IMG/VR virus record: IMGVR_UViG_2562617158_000001
Location: 13,029 to 77,028 of that record
Length of the DNA stretch: 64,000 nucleotides
Direction: 5' to 3' (one strand)
From: a virus
Lineage: Duplodnaviria > Caudoviricetes
Position 1 is the stretch's first letter; each line of letters opens with the position of its first letter. The position numbers and the translations under genes are program-made. Of the stretch, positions 46,123 through 57,300 are shown piece after piece. Below the pieces are notes generated by a model. That model saw only the letters and a program-made list of their open reading frames with translations, ran no database searches and had not been told where the DNA came from.

Positions 46123-48921
46123 ATGTTAAACGCAGGATTTCAATATCTAGAACAACGAGACGCAAATGATACCATCACAAAAAATGGTGTAGTTGGCAAG
46201 AATAGCCCCTTTTCTGCGCCGGATAACAGTGGTATCTATGATGTAATTGCAGAAGATTTACGATGGCTCAAAGAGAATATAGATGATGTGAAAGACACGT
46301 CTGACCTAGAAGCCATCAAACAGTCTGTGACCGATATGTATAACACCATGAAGAACGATTCTTCGTTTGGTGAAGCAACGGCTAAGGCTCAAGCAGAAGA
46401 AGCAAAGAAACAGGCACAGGCGGCGCTAGAATCTGCAACGAACGCTAAGACATACTATGATGATATTACGACAAAATCTACGGAAGTCAATAATACCATT
46501 GCAGAGATTAAGTCCTATATCGAAAAAGCAGAAGCACTCAATGAGTCCAATAAGACACTTGAACAGTCTATTTCTGATTCTGCCACGGTGGCGACAAATA
46601 AAGCTAAGAGCGCGGCCAGCAGTGCTACAAATGCGGCTACGAGTGAAACCAACGCTAAAGCATCGGAAACCAAAGCTAAGGCAAGTGAGACTAATGCCAA
46701 GGTATCCGAGACCAACGCAGCTAAAAGTGAATCTAATGCAAAGGCTCATATGGACGCTACGGCAACTAGTGAGTCGAATGCGAAAACTAGTGAGACAAAC
46801 GCAAAAGCATCGCAGGCAGCGAGTAAAACGTCGGAAACCAACGCCAAGACCAGTGAGACGAATGCTAAACAGTATTCCATTAATTCTTCCAATAGTGCTG
46901 ATTTAGCTAAGGCATGGGCAGAGTCCAGTGATTCTCCTGATTCGGTAAACGATACAGATTCGACAACTGGCAAAACTCAATCGTCTAAGACGTGGGCAAT
47001 CTATTCAAAAGACCGTGCTATTAGTGCCTTCACCTCAGAGACTCATGCAAAGACCTCTGAGACCAACGCTAAAACCTCAGAAACAAATGCGGCCAACAGT
47101 GCTACCAATTCAGCGTCCAGTGCAACAGCCAGTGCAAATAGTGCCGAAGAAGCCGCTACTAGTGCTACCAACGCAAAGACAAGTGAGACCAACGCTGCTA
47201 CGTCTGCATCTAACGCAAAGACCTCAGAGACGAACGCTAAGACATCAGAGACTAATGCAAAGGCCAGTGAGACTAATGCGGCAACGAGCGAAGGTAACAC
47301 GAAGGGGTACATGGAGAAAGCACAGGTTGCCTATGAGTCCGCAAAAGCAATCCAGTCTGTTGTTGACGTTGCTAAAGCCGATGCGGAGAAGTGTGTTGCT
47401 GACGTAGAAGCCGTAAGAGATTCGTTAGCTAAAATGATGACGTATCAGGGGTCTGTAGATAATTACTCTGATTTGCCGGCAAATCCTCAGGTTGGCTATT
47501 CGTATAATGTTAAGAACGCCGACAAAACACATGGTGTAAACGCAGGAGATAACCTTGTATGGAATGGTACGGACTGGGACAACCTTGGTGGTACTGTAGA
47601 TATGAGCCTATTCGCTGAACTTGGTAAGGACGTTCGTTTTAATGCTGTCACGGCTACGACTTTCACAGGTGACTTGAAGGGCACAGCAGACAAAGCGACG
47701 AACGACAAGAACGGCGCCGATATTGCGGCAACGTACTTGAAGAAAACAGGAGATACTGCAACAGGTAAGATAACGTTCAATTCAACAGACTTGAACGCGC
47801 TCCCCGAAGTCAAAAAAACATCTGATGACAATATGAGCGGCATTCGTTTTTCTTCTAAGTCAAAATTCCTCGGCGCCGTCGGCAAGCGTTTGTCGAACGG
47901 CGAGGACTTGCTGAACTTGCGAAGCGATAATACTACGACAGATATCGTGCTCGACAGCCGGAACTATAATAACTTTGCTCCCACAAATACCGGCTCCGGC
48001 GCTTCCGGTACATGGGGTATTAATATCGCGGGTAATGCCGCGACGGCAACAAAACTCGCCACTGCCCGCACGATTGCCCTCAGTGGCAACGCAAGCGGCT
48101 CGGCCACATTTGATGGTAGCGGCAACGCAACAATCAACGCGACGGTCAGCGAGAGTGCTCACGCAACGAAGGCGACGCAGGACACGAACGGGCGCGCCTT
48201 TACGGATACGAACGCTTATATGCATATCAGCTATTTAGCGAATGGTACAGACTTTAATGACGTCAAGACGACGGGTATTTACTATTGCACTCAAGATACG
48301 TACACTAACCGGCCGCATAATAGTTGGGGTATCCTCACGGTTTATTCTATCGGCACGGTAAAACAGGAATATAGGCCAGACAATGCGGCAGTCTATTACA
48401 CGCGCGAATATAATAACTCGAACTGGACAGCATGGAGCAAAGTCGCCGCTTCTACTGCTGATAATGCAGACACGGTGGATGATTATCATGTTAGCGACAT
48501 TATAAGCAAGATATATCCGGTTGGTAGCATCTACATGAGCATGGTTGCGACGAACCCACATGACTTGTTTGGTGTTGGTACATGGGAACGTATTAGTCAG
48601 GGGCGTATGCTTTTGGGTGCAGATGATAGTGCCTATAAGGCAGGAGCAACTGGCGGCGAGGCTACACATACGCTGACGGTTGATGAGATGCCACGCCATT
48701 TTCATAACTATGACTTGTATGTTGGTGATTACGGAGTTAGCCAAGGTGATGCTAGACAAGGCAAGTTCTTATCCGCAATCGCCACTGCTCTTACAAATAA
48801 ATCTTTTCTCTGTGGCGATGGGAAAAGTAATGAAAATCACCTTTTGCCTGCTGGTGGTTCCCAGCCACATAACAATATGCCGCCATACATCGTTTGTTAT
48901 ATCTGGCAACGGACAGCTTAA
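46123..48921 (+). CDS. side tail fibre protein with SETNA repeats
   Basis: Ala/Ser/Thr-rich repeats; ATKLATARTIAL; C-term IYPVGSIYMS..HNNMPPYIVCYIWQRTA. Confidence 0.85.
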   Translation: MLNAGFQYLEQRDANDTITKNGVVGKNSPFSAPDNSGIYDVIAEDLRWLKENIDDVKDTSDLEAIKQSVTDMYNTMKNDSSFGEATAKAQAEEAKKQAQAALESATNAKTYYDDITTKSTEVNNTIAEIKSYIEKAEALNESNKTLEQSISDSATVATNKAKSAASSATNAATSETNAKASETKAKASETNAKVSETNAAKSESNAKAHMDATATSESNAKTSETNAKASQAASKTSETNAKTSETNAKQYSINSSNSADLAKAWAESSDSPDSVNDTDSTTGKTQSSKTWAIYSKDRAISAFTSETHAKTSETNAKTSETNAANSATNSASSATASANSAEEAATSATNAKTSETNAATSASNAKTSETNAKTSETNAKASETNAATSEGNTKGYMEKAQVAYESAKAIQSVVDVAKADAEKCVADVEAVRDSLAKMMTYQGSVDNYSDLPANPQVGYSYNVKNADKTHGVNAGDNLVWNGTDWDNLGGTVDMSLFAELGKDVRFNAVTATTFTGDLKGTADKATNDKNGADIAATYLKKTGDTATGKITFNSTDLNALPEVKKTSDDNMSGIRFSSKSKFLGAVGKRLSNGEDLLNLRSDNTTTDIVLDSRNYNNFAPTNTGSGASGTWGINIAGNAATATKLATARTIALSGNASGSATFDGSGNATINATVSESAHATKATQDTNGRAFTDTNAYMHISYLANGTDFNDVKTTGIYYCTQDTYTNRPHNSWGILTVYSIGTVKQEYRPDNAAVYYTREYNNSNWTAWSKVAASTADNADTVDDYHVSDIISKIYPVGSIYMSMVATNPHDLFGVGTWERISQGRMLLGADDSAYKAGATGGEATHTLTVDEMPRHFHNYDLYVGDYGVSQGDARQGKFLSAIATALTNKSFLCGDGKSNENHLLPAGGSQPHNNMPPYIVCYIWQRTA
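46560..47300 (+). repeat. coding tandem repeats (A/T)SETNA(K/A)
   Basis: more than ten recurrences of gagac(c/t)aa(c/t)gc-type heptapeptide units. Confidence 0.85.
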
Positions 48922-48935
48922 TAGAAAGCGAGGTA

Positions 48936-49316
48936 ATGCTTACGTTTGACATTAAAGAAAATAAGGTGGTCTATCAGTACGATGCTGAGGGTGTTTTGCT
49001 CAAGGCTATTGTGCTGGACGCCACAGACAGAGCAGAAAATGGCGACTGGATTTATCCAACGAGAACAACTCCGGTTGTCCCGCCGCTTTCCAAGAAGGGA
49101 TATGAACTCATCTGGAAGAACGGTGCATGGCAGTATCGTGTGTATGTGCCAAAGCCACTGAAAACCGATGAGCAGATTGCAAAAGAAGAGTATGAATCTA
49201 TGCAGAACGAGTGCATTAACAATCTCAACGTTGCTATGCTGAGAAACGACGATAAAGCCATTGCGTCTGTACGTCAGGACTATGCCGATTTGCAGGAATA
49301 CTACGGAGAGAATTGA
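48936..49316 (+). CDS. tail fibre assembly protein
   Basis: VYQYD..IYPTRTTPVVPP..WKNGAW (Tfa-like); RBS gcgagg before ATG at 48936. Confidence 0.7.
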   Translation: MLTFDIKENKVVYQYDAEGVLLKAIVLDATDRAENGDWIYPTRTTPVVPPLSKKGYELIWKNGAWQYRVYVPKPLKTDEQIAKEEYESMQNECINNLNVAMLRNDDKAIASVRQDYADLQEYYGEN

Positions 49317-49341
49317 GTTTTTGAAATGAGGTGTATATAAA

Positions 49342-49497
49342 ATGGCTAGAAAGAAATTTACATTACCGCCGAGATGCCCGTATTGCGCACATAAACTTCG
49401 CGCGGATGGTACATGTCAGAATCCAGAGTGCATTATCGGGTATGTTCCAGAGAAGACAAAAGATACATCGGACACGTCTAATACGGAAAATAAATGA
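49342..49497 (+). CDS. 51-aa zinc-ribbon peptide
   Basis: MARKKFTLPPRCPYCAHKLRADGTCQNPEC; RBS gaggtg. Confidence 0.6.
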   Translation: MARKKFTLPPRCPYCAHKLRADGTCQNPECIIGYVPEKTKDTSDTSNTENK

Positions 49498-49739
49498 TGG
49501 GACAAGACGATGTTGTGAAGATGCTAGAGAAGCTCAGTGACATCTCTGAACGTCTAGCAAAAGTCGAAGTAATACTCAATGAACGATCCCGTGCAACCAG
49601 TGAGATAGTGGAAACTCTAGAGCAGCACGAAGAACGCATCCGTGAACTGGAACAATCAGATACCCAAATGTTCACGACGAAGAACCTCTTTGTGTGGGGC
49701 GTTGCAACCCTCATTGCAGCTTGGGGGGTGCTTCATTGA
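49494..49739 (+). CDS. XhlA/holin-like protein
   Basis: coiled coil plus a single C-terminal TM. Confidence 0.6.
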   Translation: MMGQDDVVKMLEKLSDISERLAKVEVILNERSRATSEIVETLEQHEERIRELEQSDTQMFTTKNLFVWGVATLIAAWGVLH

Positions 49740-50047
49740 AAGACAAGATATTGCAGTTTGGTAAATGGGCAGAATCTAATCATATGACACTGATATACCT
49801 TGCAGGAGCATGGGTATTAGCACTGTTGAGTCTTTGGAGTCTGTCTATTTTGATGTGCTTCTGGCTCAATGGACTCTTTGGTTATCACTTTGAACTGAAT
49901 GTGGGTATCAGTGGGATTGCCACGATTGCCACGGCAGGAGCTACAGTGTATGGCATTGCACGAGCAGCGCAGGCAAAGTACAACACTGACAGTACCGTGA
50001 ATACACCAATGAGTATCATGCCGTACAAGGGAGGTAATAGTAAGTGA
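49736..50047 (+). CDS. holin
   Basis: two TM segments, directly upstream of the amidase. Confidence 0.65.
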   Translation: MKDKILQFGKWAESNHMTLIYLAGAWVLALLSLWSLSILMCFWLNGLFGYHFELNVGISGIATIATAGATVYGIARAAQAKYNTDSTVNTPMSIMPYKGGNSK

Positions 50048-50634
50048 GACAAGTTTCATTGGAAGAAATCAAGGATATGGCAGAGAATTGCCGTGAATCT
50101 ATCTGGGAACAGGCAAAGGCATACGGTAGGGAACCTAAGATTTACTTGCACTGGACAGCAGGGCACTATGGTCAATACTATTTGAATGACTACCACATTG
50201 CCATTGACTATGACGGCTCCATCTATGTAGAACACGACCTGGACGAGGTGCTTGCCCATACGTATCGTAGAAATACAGGTGCAGTTGGTATTACACTTGC
50301 ATGTTGTGTCGGTGCTACATCCGACGATCTTGGCAGTGAACCACCTACGGCTGAACAGATTGAGGTCATGGCACAGGTCATCACTGTTGTTGCAGATGGA
50401 CTCTGGCTGACCATTGACAAAGACCATGTGATGACTCATGGTGAAGCTGCGGATAATGAAGATGGTATCTACCCGCACGATCCGTATGGTCCTAAATCGA
50501 CATGTGAGAGGTGGGACTTGGAATACCTGGGAACCAGTGAGTCTCCATCGTTCAATCCGTATGCAACCAATGGCAGCCGTGGTGGTGACGTACTGCGCGG
50601 CAAGGCTATCTGGTATCACAATCAGGGGGTATGA
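50044..50634 (+). CDS. endolysin, N-acetylmuramoyl-L-alanine amidase (Amidase_2)
   Basis: IYLHWTAG, YHIAID, AHTYRRNTGAVGI, MTHGE..C. Confidence 0.9.
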   Translation: MRQVSLEEIKDMAENCRESIWEQAKAYGREPKIYLHWTAGHYGQYYLNDYHIAIDYDGSIYVEHDLDEVLAHTYRRNTGAVGITLACCVGATSDDLGSEPPTAEQIEVMAQVITVVADGLWLTIDKDHVMTHGEAADNEDGIYPHDPYGPKSTCERWDLEYLGTSESPSFNPYATNGSRGGDVLRGKAIWYHNQGV

Positions 50635-51194
50635 CTATGGAGAAGGTCAAGGGATTCTTTGTTGACCATTGGAAGCTCATTGTGGCGTTCGTTTTTGTCA
50701 TTGTCTTATCCTTTGTCTGTGGATGGAAAGCCTGTGTTCATTTCAACAAGAACGTTGTAGAGGTTCCTGTGACAAAGGTTGAGGTTCGCGAGGTAAAGGT
50801 TCCAGTGGAGACACAGGCAAAGACGGAGATTCAATACGTCGAAAAGGAGACTCCACAGGATGCCGATGTACAGATCACTAAGCCTGCACCAGAAGTCGTA
50901 GTGGACTACAATGGACAGCAGACGAAATTTGAGACGTTAGACAATGAGACTCAGAAGTTCGACAAGGGAAAGCTACAGGTTGACCAGGCATCCAAGGTAA
51001 CTCTTGATGTTACACCAATTGTACAGAAAGAGGTACAGACTGCGGTCGACCAGAACACTAAGGAGATGACCAAGGCGAAAGACAATGAGGTTGCCAAGGT
51101 CAAGTCCGAGGAGACCAAGAAGCGGCACAAGCACGAACTCGGTGCATTCCTTACAGGTGCAGGAGTAGGCGCATTTGGTGTCCTTCTCTTCTAA
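50631..51194 (+). CDS. spanin-like protein
   Basis: N-terminal TM, periplasmic coiled/beta region, hydrophobic Gly-rich C-terminus; follows the endolysin. Confidence 0.5.
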   Translation: MTMEKVKGFFVDHWKLIVAFVFVIVLSFVCGWKACVHFNKNVVEVPVTKVEVREVKVPVETQAKTEIQYVEKETPQDADVQITKPAPEVVVDYNGQQTKFETLDNETQKFDKGKLQVDQASKVTLDVTPIVQKEVQTAVDQNTKEMTKAKDNEVAKVKSEETKKRHKHELGAFLTGAGVGAFGVLLF

Positions 51195-51265
51195 TATATA
51201 CAGGGAGTTCATCAGTGGAGACGCTGGTGGCTCCCTCTTTTTTTATTGTATACACAAAATTTCCG

Positions 51266-51294
51266 TTGACAACGATAGTTATACGATGTATACT
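51266..51294 (+). promoter_or_regulatory. sigmaA promoter starting the next transcription unit
   Basis: TTGACA-17-TATACT with TG; preceded by a hairpin and T-run (about 51213-51246). Confidence 0.8.
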
Positions 51295-51323
51295 AGATAT
51301 TGTCAGACGGGAGGTGATTTGGA

Positions 51324-54300
51324 AATGCGCTACTTGAAGTTTGTCGTTGGAAACAATGAAGTCGCAAGGGGTTTCAAGAATAGCGAGAGTACACCTGTGG
51401 TCGGAATAATGCATTACGATGGGTATGACATTGAAATATCTGAATGTTCATATAAAGAAAAGTATCGTATCTGGCGCAGGAGGAAGAACTGGTTGTCCGA
51501 TGTAGTTTCTAAGTTTATCAAGGAGGGTAAGTATGGGCGTCAAGGAGATTCGACATGATGCACTAGAGATACTAGGGCAAATCGATGGGATGCAAATCGT
51601 GTTCTGTCTAAGATACCGTATTTGTGATTCTCCAAATTGGAGATCGTGTAAACAAGAAGAGTGTGAGGAATGTCCATCTTATCTTTCCTCGGATAACGAA
51701 TGCTTCTTTGATGTACTCAGAGATAAGGCATCGGATATTCATAGAGAGACAAGTAGGATGATGATGGAGGGCATGCAATGACAAATTGGACGATATTCTC
51801 GTTACTATCAACTAGATATGGCATTAACCCAGGAGAAGAGTTCTACGCTATCTCTCCGAAAACTCGCCATAGTGTGCATTGTAAGTTCTCGTCGGATGCT
51901 GATAGAATTATCGTTCTGTCAGATGACGATGAAAACGATGTAATTTGCGGAATCCTCTATGATAAATATGTTATCAGCCGCAAGAAATTCAAACCAAGAC
52001 GCGGAGAGAAGTATTACATTGTTGCCGGGTACAACGCGGAATATTCATACATTGTCATGGAATGGAAAGGTAGCCTAGAGGACTTTGCGAATTACATGTC
52101 TGGCAATTGTTTCCCTGCATATGTCGCCAATAGCGTCCCTGCCGGTGACATGTATACGTTGCTGCGGAAATGGCAAGATAAACTCTTTGCAGACTCCGAT
52201 GGAATTCCATATGATGATATTGTAGGTTCGATAGACCCTATGTATTTAACAAGGGGAAAGAGCATACGAAAGGACATGGATAAACATGAAGCAGAGAATC
52301 ATTGATGGTATTGCAGGAATCATCGGATGGAGTACTGCATTGTTCATTGTGGCATCCGTTGTATTTGTGTTTGTAGCGATCGCGGCGTTTTACGTTGCCA
52401 TGTTCATTCGATTGGTGATGATGATGTTATGAAAGAGGAAACCATTGCGTTCATGTTCATCATGGGATGCGGCACGGTATTAGCACTGTTTGGTATGTAT
52501 GTTGCCTATAAAATAGAAATGAGGAATTAACATGAAGACTTTTAGTAAAGATTACTTAGTGAATGAACTTGGACTTCCATATGATTCTGATTGTGTTATC
52601 GAGGATACCATAATTGACAAGGAGAGATGGAGTATCGTACATAGACTCATTTTCAAGGACAATGACAAGGCATATCGCGTGTACTACGAGGAGCCTGCAA
52701 CGGAAGAACAGGAAATGCAGCCATGGGAAGACGAGGATGAAATCGAGTGCGAAGAAGTCATCCCCGTAGAGGTCAAGGAAACGGTCTGGGTATCGCCCGA
52801 TGAACTTCATTGTGCGGGGTGAGGTGTTGAATATGAAGGACATTCTTGATTTTGTTAGTTTCGTGTTCGGGGTAATGATAGCGACATCTGCTGCTGTATT
52901 CTCTTTAATCAGCACGGTCGTCTTATGCAGATGGTTGTTTGGAACAATCTGACGGAACGAGGGGTAAGTAATGGACATTCTGGTAATCAATCAGGATAAC
53001 ATCATCGGATTCGTAGCGGGATGCTTCACAACTGTAGCAGTTATTTTTTGTATTTGTTTGTGGGTGCATGGTTGGGGATACAATGAAGTGAGGTATGTCA
53101 ATGCTTGAGTTTTTTGTCATACTGTTAGAGATATGTGTCGGAATGATAGATACAAGTGATACCGACGGATACGATGCATATCATGTATAACTATATGATT
53201 TCTATTAATGATTGTCCCGGGGAACACTAATGCGACTTGATAATTTAGAGTATAATGCAGAGTCATTTCTAATGATATGTATCTATATGGTTTTAGCGAC
53301 AGGCTGCTTATGCTTGTCAGCTGTTATTCTCGTATCTTTCTTTAAATGGTTATTCGGATGTATCTAATATATTGCGCTAGGAGGTAATGTAGGTGCAGGA
53401 ATATACATTTAGTGATTTATGCAGACTCAAGGAACGATTCGATAATGACGATATTCTTGATGATTGGGAGTTTGATGATGCAGAACAATGGGCGTTCCGT
53501 GTTGGTCTCGACGCTATGATTGGGATAAATGTCACATCTGAAGAGTACGATTTACACGGATACTCTATTAGGTTCTATGCTATGGAGTTGGAAAGAATGA
53601 TTACAGTTAAAACCATTCATCGGCATGGTAGTGAAGTTCCAAATGATAGGTTTAATGAGTACGAAAAGGCTATATTGGCAAAAATGAGTCTTGGGCTTTA
53701 TTTGACCTTGGAACTACTAGGAGAAGAACTATGAGTAACATCAATATTGAAATCAGCAATAATGTTGTTGTAGTATCAATAGACAATAAGTATTGCGGTA
53801 CTTCAGTTATACCTAAAGAATATAACGATGAACCAGTATCGGTGTTTGTTGGGCATGTATCTGACTGTATAGCAAAAGCAATAGAAGATACAAAGGAAAA
53901 GATGTGGCCTGAAAAAGGGGATGTGTATTATATACCAACTATTTCTAATTGTAACCTGTGCGGCGAGTTAACATATGGAGATGATTATTTTGATAGATTG
54001 TATAAGAAACGAGGTTTGATTTTCAAGACCAAGGAAGAAGCTATCGAAGCAGCCAAGAAGATGTTGGAGGTAGTCAAATGATTGAAGTCGGAGATACAGT
54101 AGTGACACGCCTGATAGAGGGGAAGCATTGTCGTAGCAAGTCTTTTGTACGATTGTATAATGATATGACAGGACGAGTGATTGGGAGAACCTTTATGCCG
54201 CATTTAGGATATTTCACGTATTTAGTGGAAACATCTTGGACTGATGATGCATTGTTCTTTACAGAAGATGAACTTAAGGTGGTCAAATGAGTGACTGGAC

Positions 54301-57300
54301 ATACCATACTGGGGATATCATCACATTTCATCTGCCAGACGGAGATGTTAAAATGAGAATCCTTGGTATTGAGTACGACAGGGAAATTATTCTGAACCAT
54401 TCAAATGCGTTCACTAATCCATTGGCTAGATTGTATGATGTAGATATTCAATGGGATGAACAAGGCAAGCCAAAGCATCTCCGAGGCACTGTCAATGAAT
54501 GGTGGTTGAGTCGCGTGGTCAAGGAAAGTCGTGTCGATGTAGAGCATGGTAATCACAATGGAGGTAATAAGATGAAATACAATGTAGGTGATGAAATCCG
54601 TTTTAATGGTACGGTGTACAGAATCACGAATATAGTAGATGACAACTATGTTATTCGCGATGAGATTAATAGGATAGACTTTAATATCCCGTGCCCAACG
54701 ATAGACATCCATGCTATTGCCATCAAGAAGCCTGTAGAGAAGCCCAAAGACCCCGCTGTTGACCATCCATCATATTACCAGGGCAGGATTGAGGTCATTG
54801 ACTTTATCGAGGACAAACACCTCGGGTTTAATCTAGGCAACTGTGTAAAATACATCAGTAGAGCTGGTAAGAAGAATCCAGATAAGCTAATTGAGGACTT
54901 GAATAAAGCACGTTGGTATCTGGATAGAGAGATTGCACGTATTGAGAAGGAGAAATAACTTGGGGGATTTGATTGTAAGAGTAGAGGAGGATAATTATGG
55001 TTGACATTGAGTTTTTACGGAAAAACACCACTAATTGCGAGGCATGTATTGATGAGTTCCTGAGAGATATAAGGGACAGGATTGAGGACTACTCCTATTT
55101 CAAGGAAGAAAGAGAGGATATAAGGAAAGAGATTTACGCGGATGTTGTTTATCTGCTTACGTACCTCCGTATTATGGATGTTGACTTTACCAATTGTGAT
55201 TTTCATCATGACGTGGAGTTAGCCGTAAAGTTCATAAAAGAAATACAGGAGAATAAAAAATAAGAGGAGGAGTAACCATGAGCTGGAAAGATACAGACCG
55301 CATATGCGAAGGCGTAGGCCGTATCGTCGATGCGTTTCAGGACAACCTTCCATGTAAAGGCCATGTATGGAACGAGAATGAAGATAAGGATTTCTACAAG
55401 AAGTGCTACGAGTGTCCTGTTTATTACTATGATGAGCACTCGAACAAAGATTGTTGCCATATCAGGGACACCTACTATGCTATTGATAAATTGGATGATT
55501 AGGAGGAGTTTCATTATGAACCTCACAGTTTTGTTTGGAGTGCTGCTAGCATTTGAACTAGTAGGAGATATTTGCTACCGTGTTTTCTATCGTATGGTTG
55601 GTAGGAACAAATATAGGGTTGGTGATATCATCTGGGTTAGAGTAGGAGATGCTTTAGAGATTGCAGAGGTAATCAGCATTACATGGCGGTGCTACTACCG
55701 CAATGAATACGGTGCTAAACCTGAGTATCACGTCAAACTTCTCAATGAGGTTGGTCAGTATTGGGACTTTGAGCAGTCTGAAATCATGTGCAAGTTTAAT
55801 GGAAAGGACGAGAAGAAACAATGAAATTATCCGGTAAGGAAGTTAATGATAATTTAGATGAACATAAGTCTCAATTCAAAACAGATGCAGATACCTACAA
55901 GGAGATGTTTGAGGATGTGGCGTGTCGGATAAACTGTAATAAAAACCCTGCTGTGCGATGTGTGTTTTGGCAAAAGTTATGGTTATTCTCTAAGAACTTC
56001 ACTTGGAATTATGTTCAGCATGACTTTGATAAGGGCATCGATTGTTTCAAGGAAGATATAGAGCTTGATATATTAGATTACGGCGAGTAACATATCGAAG
56101 AAAAAATACAGAGAATGGAGGATCAAAATGACTGTTGATTATATTGAAAAGAGAATGACGCCATATGATTACGAGACTAAGATTTCTATTGATGGCCGTG
56201 AGTGCTCAGAGCATTGCATTCGTAGAATCAATGGAAAGGTAACGGAGTATTTCGTTGACGGATGCACTTTTAATGATGTGTTCACTCGATTATTCCCTAA
56301 GGTCAAATCATCACATATCACTGCCCTTGTCAATGCAATCCGTAGATGTAACAATGATTTCGGAGTGAATGACGTACAGGAGATATTGGAATATGTTGAG
56401 GGGTTGAATTACAATGAATAATCTGAAACGTAAGGCTAATATTATAGACCATTCCATTCCTTATCGTGCATTTGGGTGCGCCAAACACAGGAATGACCGT
56501 TGGAGACTTGTGAATCGCGCCATAGAAACACGTAGGTTATATAAGGTGACGTACAAAGAGAAGTGTATGGGAGAATACATTACATTCATCATGTATGAGC
56601 ATGACTTATCCGAACAGGCTGTGCGTAATAGATGGAAAGACGAAGATAACATGGATATTGTCGAGGTGGTAGAGGTCAAATGACAAATTGTGACTACAGT
56701 GTCCCTTATGGTGTTGCATGGGCTATCCCATGCTCACCGTATAGTGGAGCAATATACTATGGGTACTATACACTATTTTGGAGGTATTGAGATGCTTGAA
56801 CATATTAAGCGAGAGATGAGATATATCAAAATAAACCAATATGGGTTCAAGACAACTATCACTATTGATGGCAAGGAATACACTGAGAACGAAGTGTGTA
56901 TTGGTGGAGAGTCTACGATTTACCCAGAGTCTATTGACGAACAGCTCCAAGAACTAATCCCTGATGTAGATATTGAGTTTATCACGGAGTTTGTCAATGA
57001 CGTAGAGAATGTAAAAACGTCCGATGATTTTGAGGATACACAAAAGACATGGGATGCTCTTGTAAGAGTCCAGGAACTCATAGATAAGATATCTAATGAT
57101 AGCGATACCAATAAGTTCGACAGATTGTATCGTATTCTCGTAAAGGCTCATGACACAATCTTCAGTAATGGTGGAGGTATCTGCGAGGAGTATACGGCGA
57201 AACCTGACCGCAAGAAATGCCCATTGTATAAGGATGGTAAATGCATGCTTAATTCTACGCTTACTGCATTAAATTCCTTGCGGGACGCATGTATTGCAAA

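Noticed and set aside
46560-47300. Possible CRISPR or DGR repeat array
   Set aside because: Repeats are in-frame coding heptapeptides without unique spacers; no cas or reverse transcriptase gene in the window.
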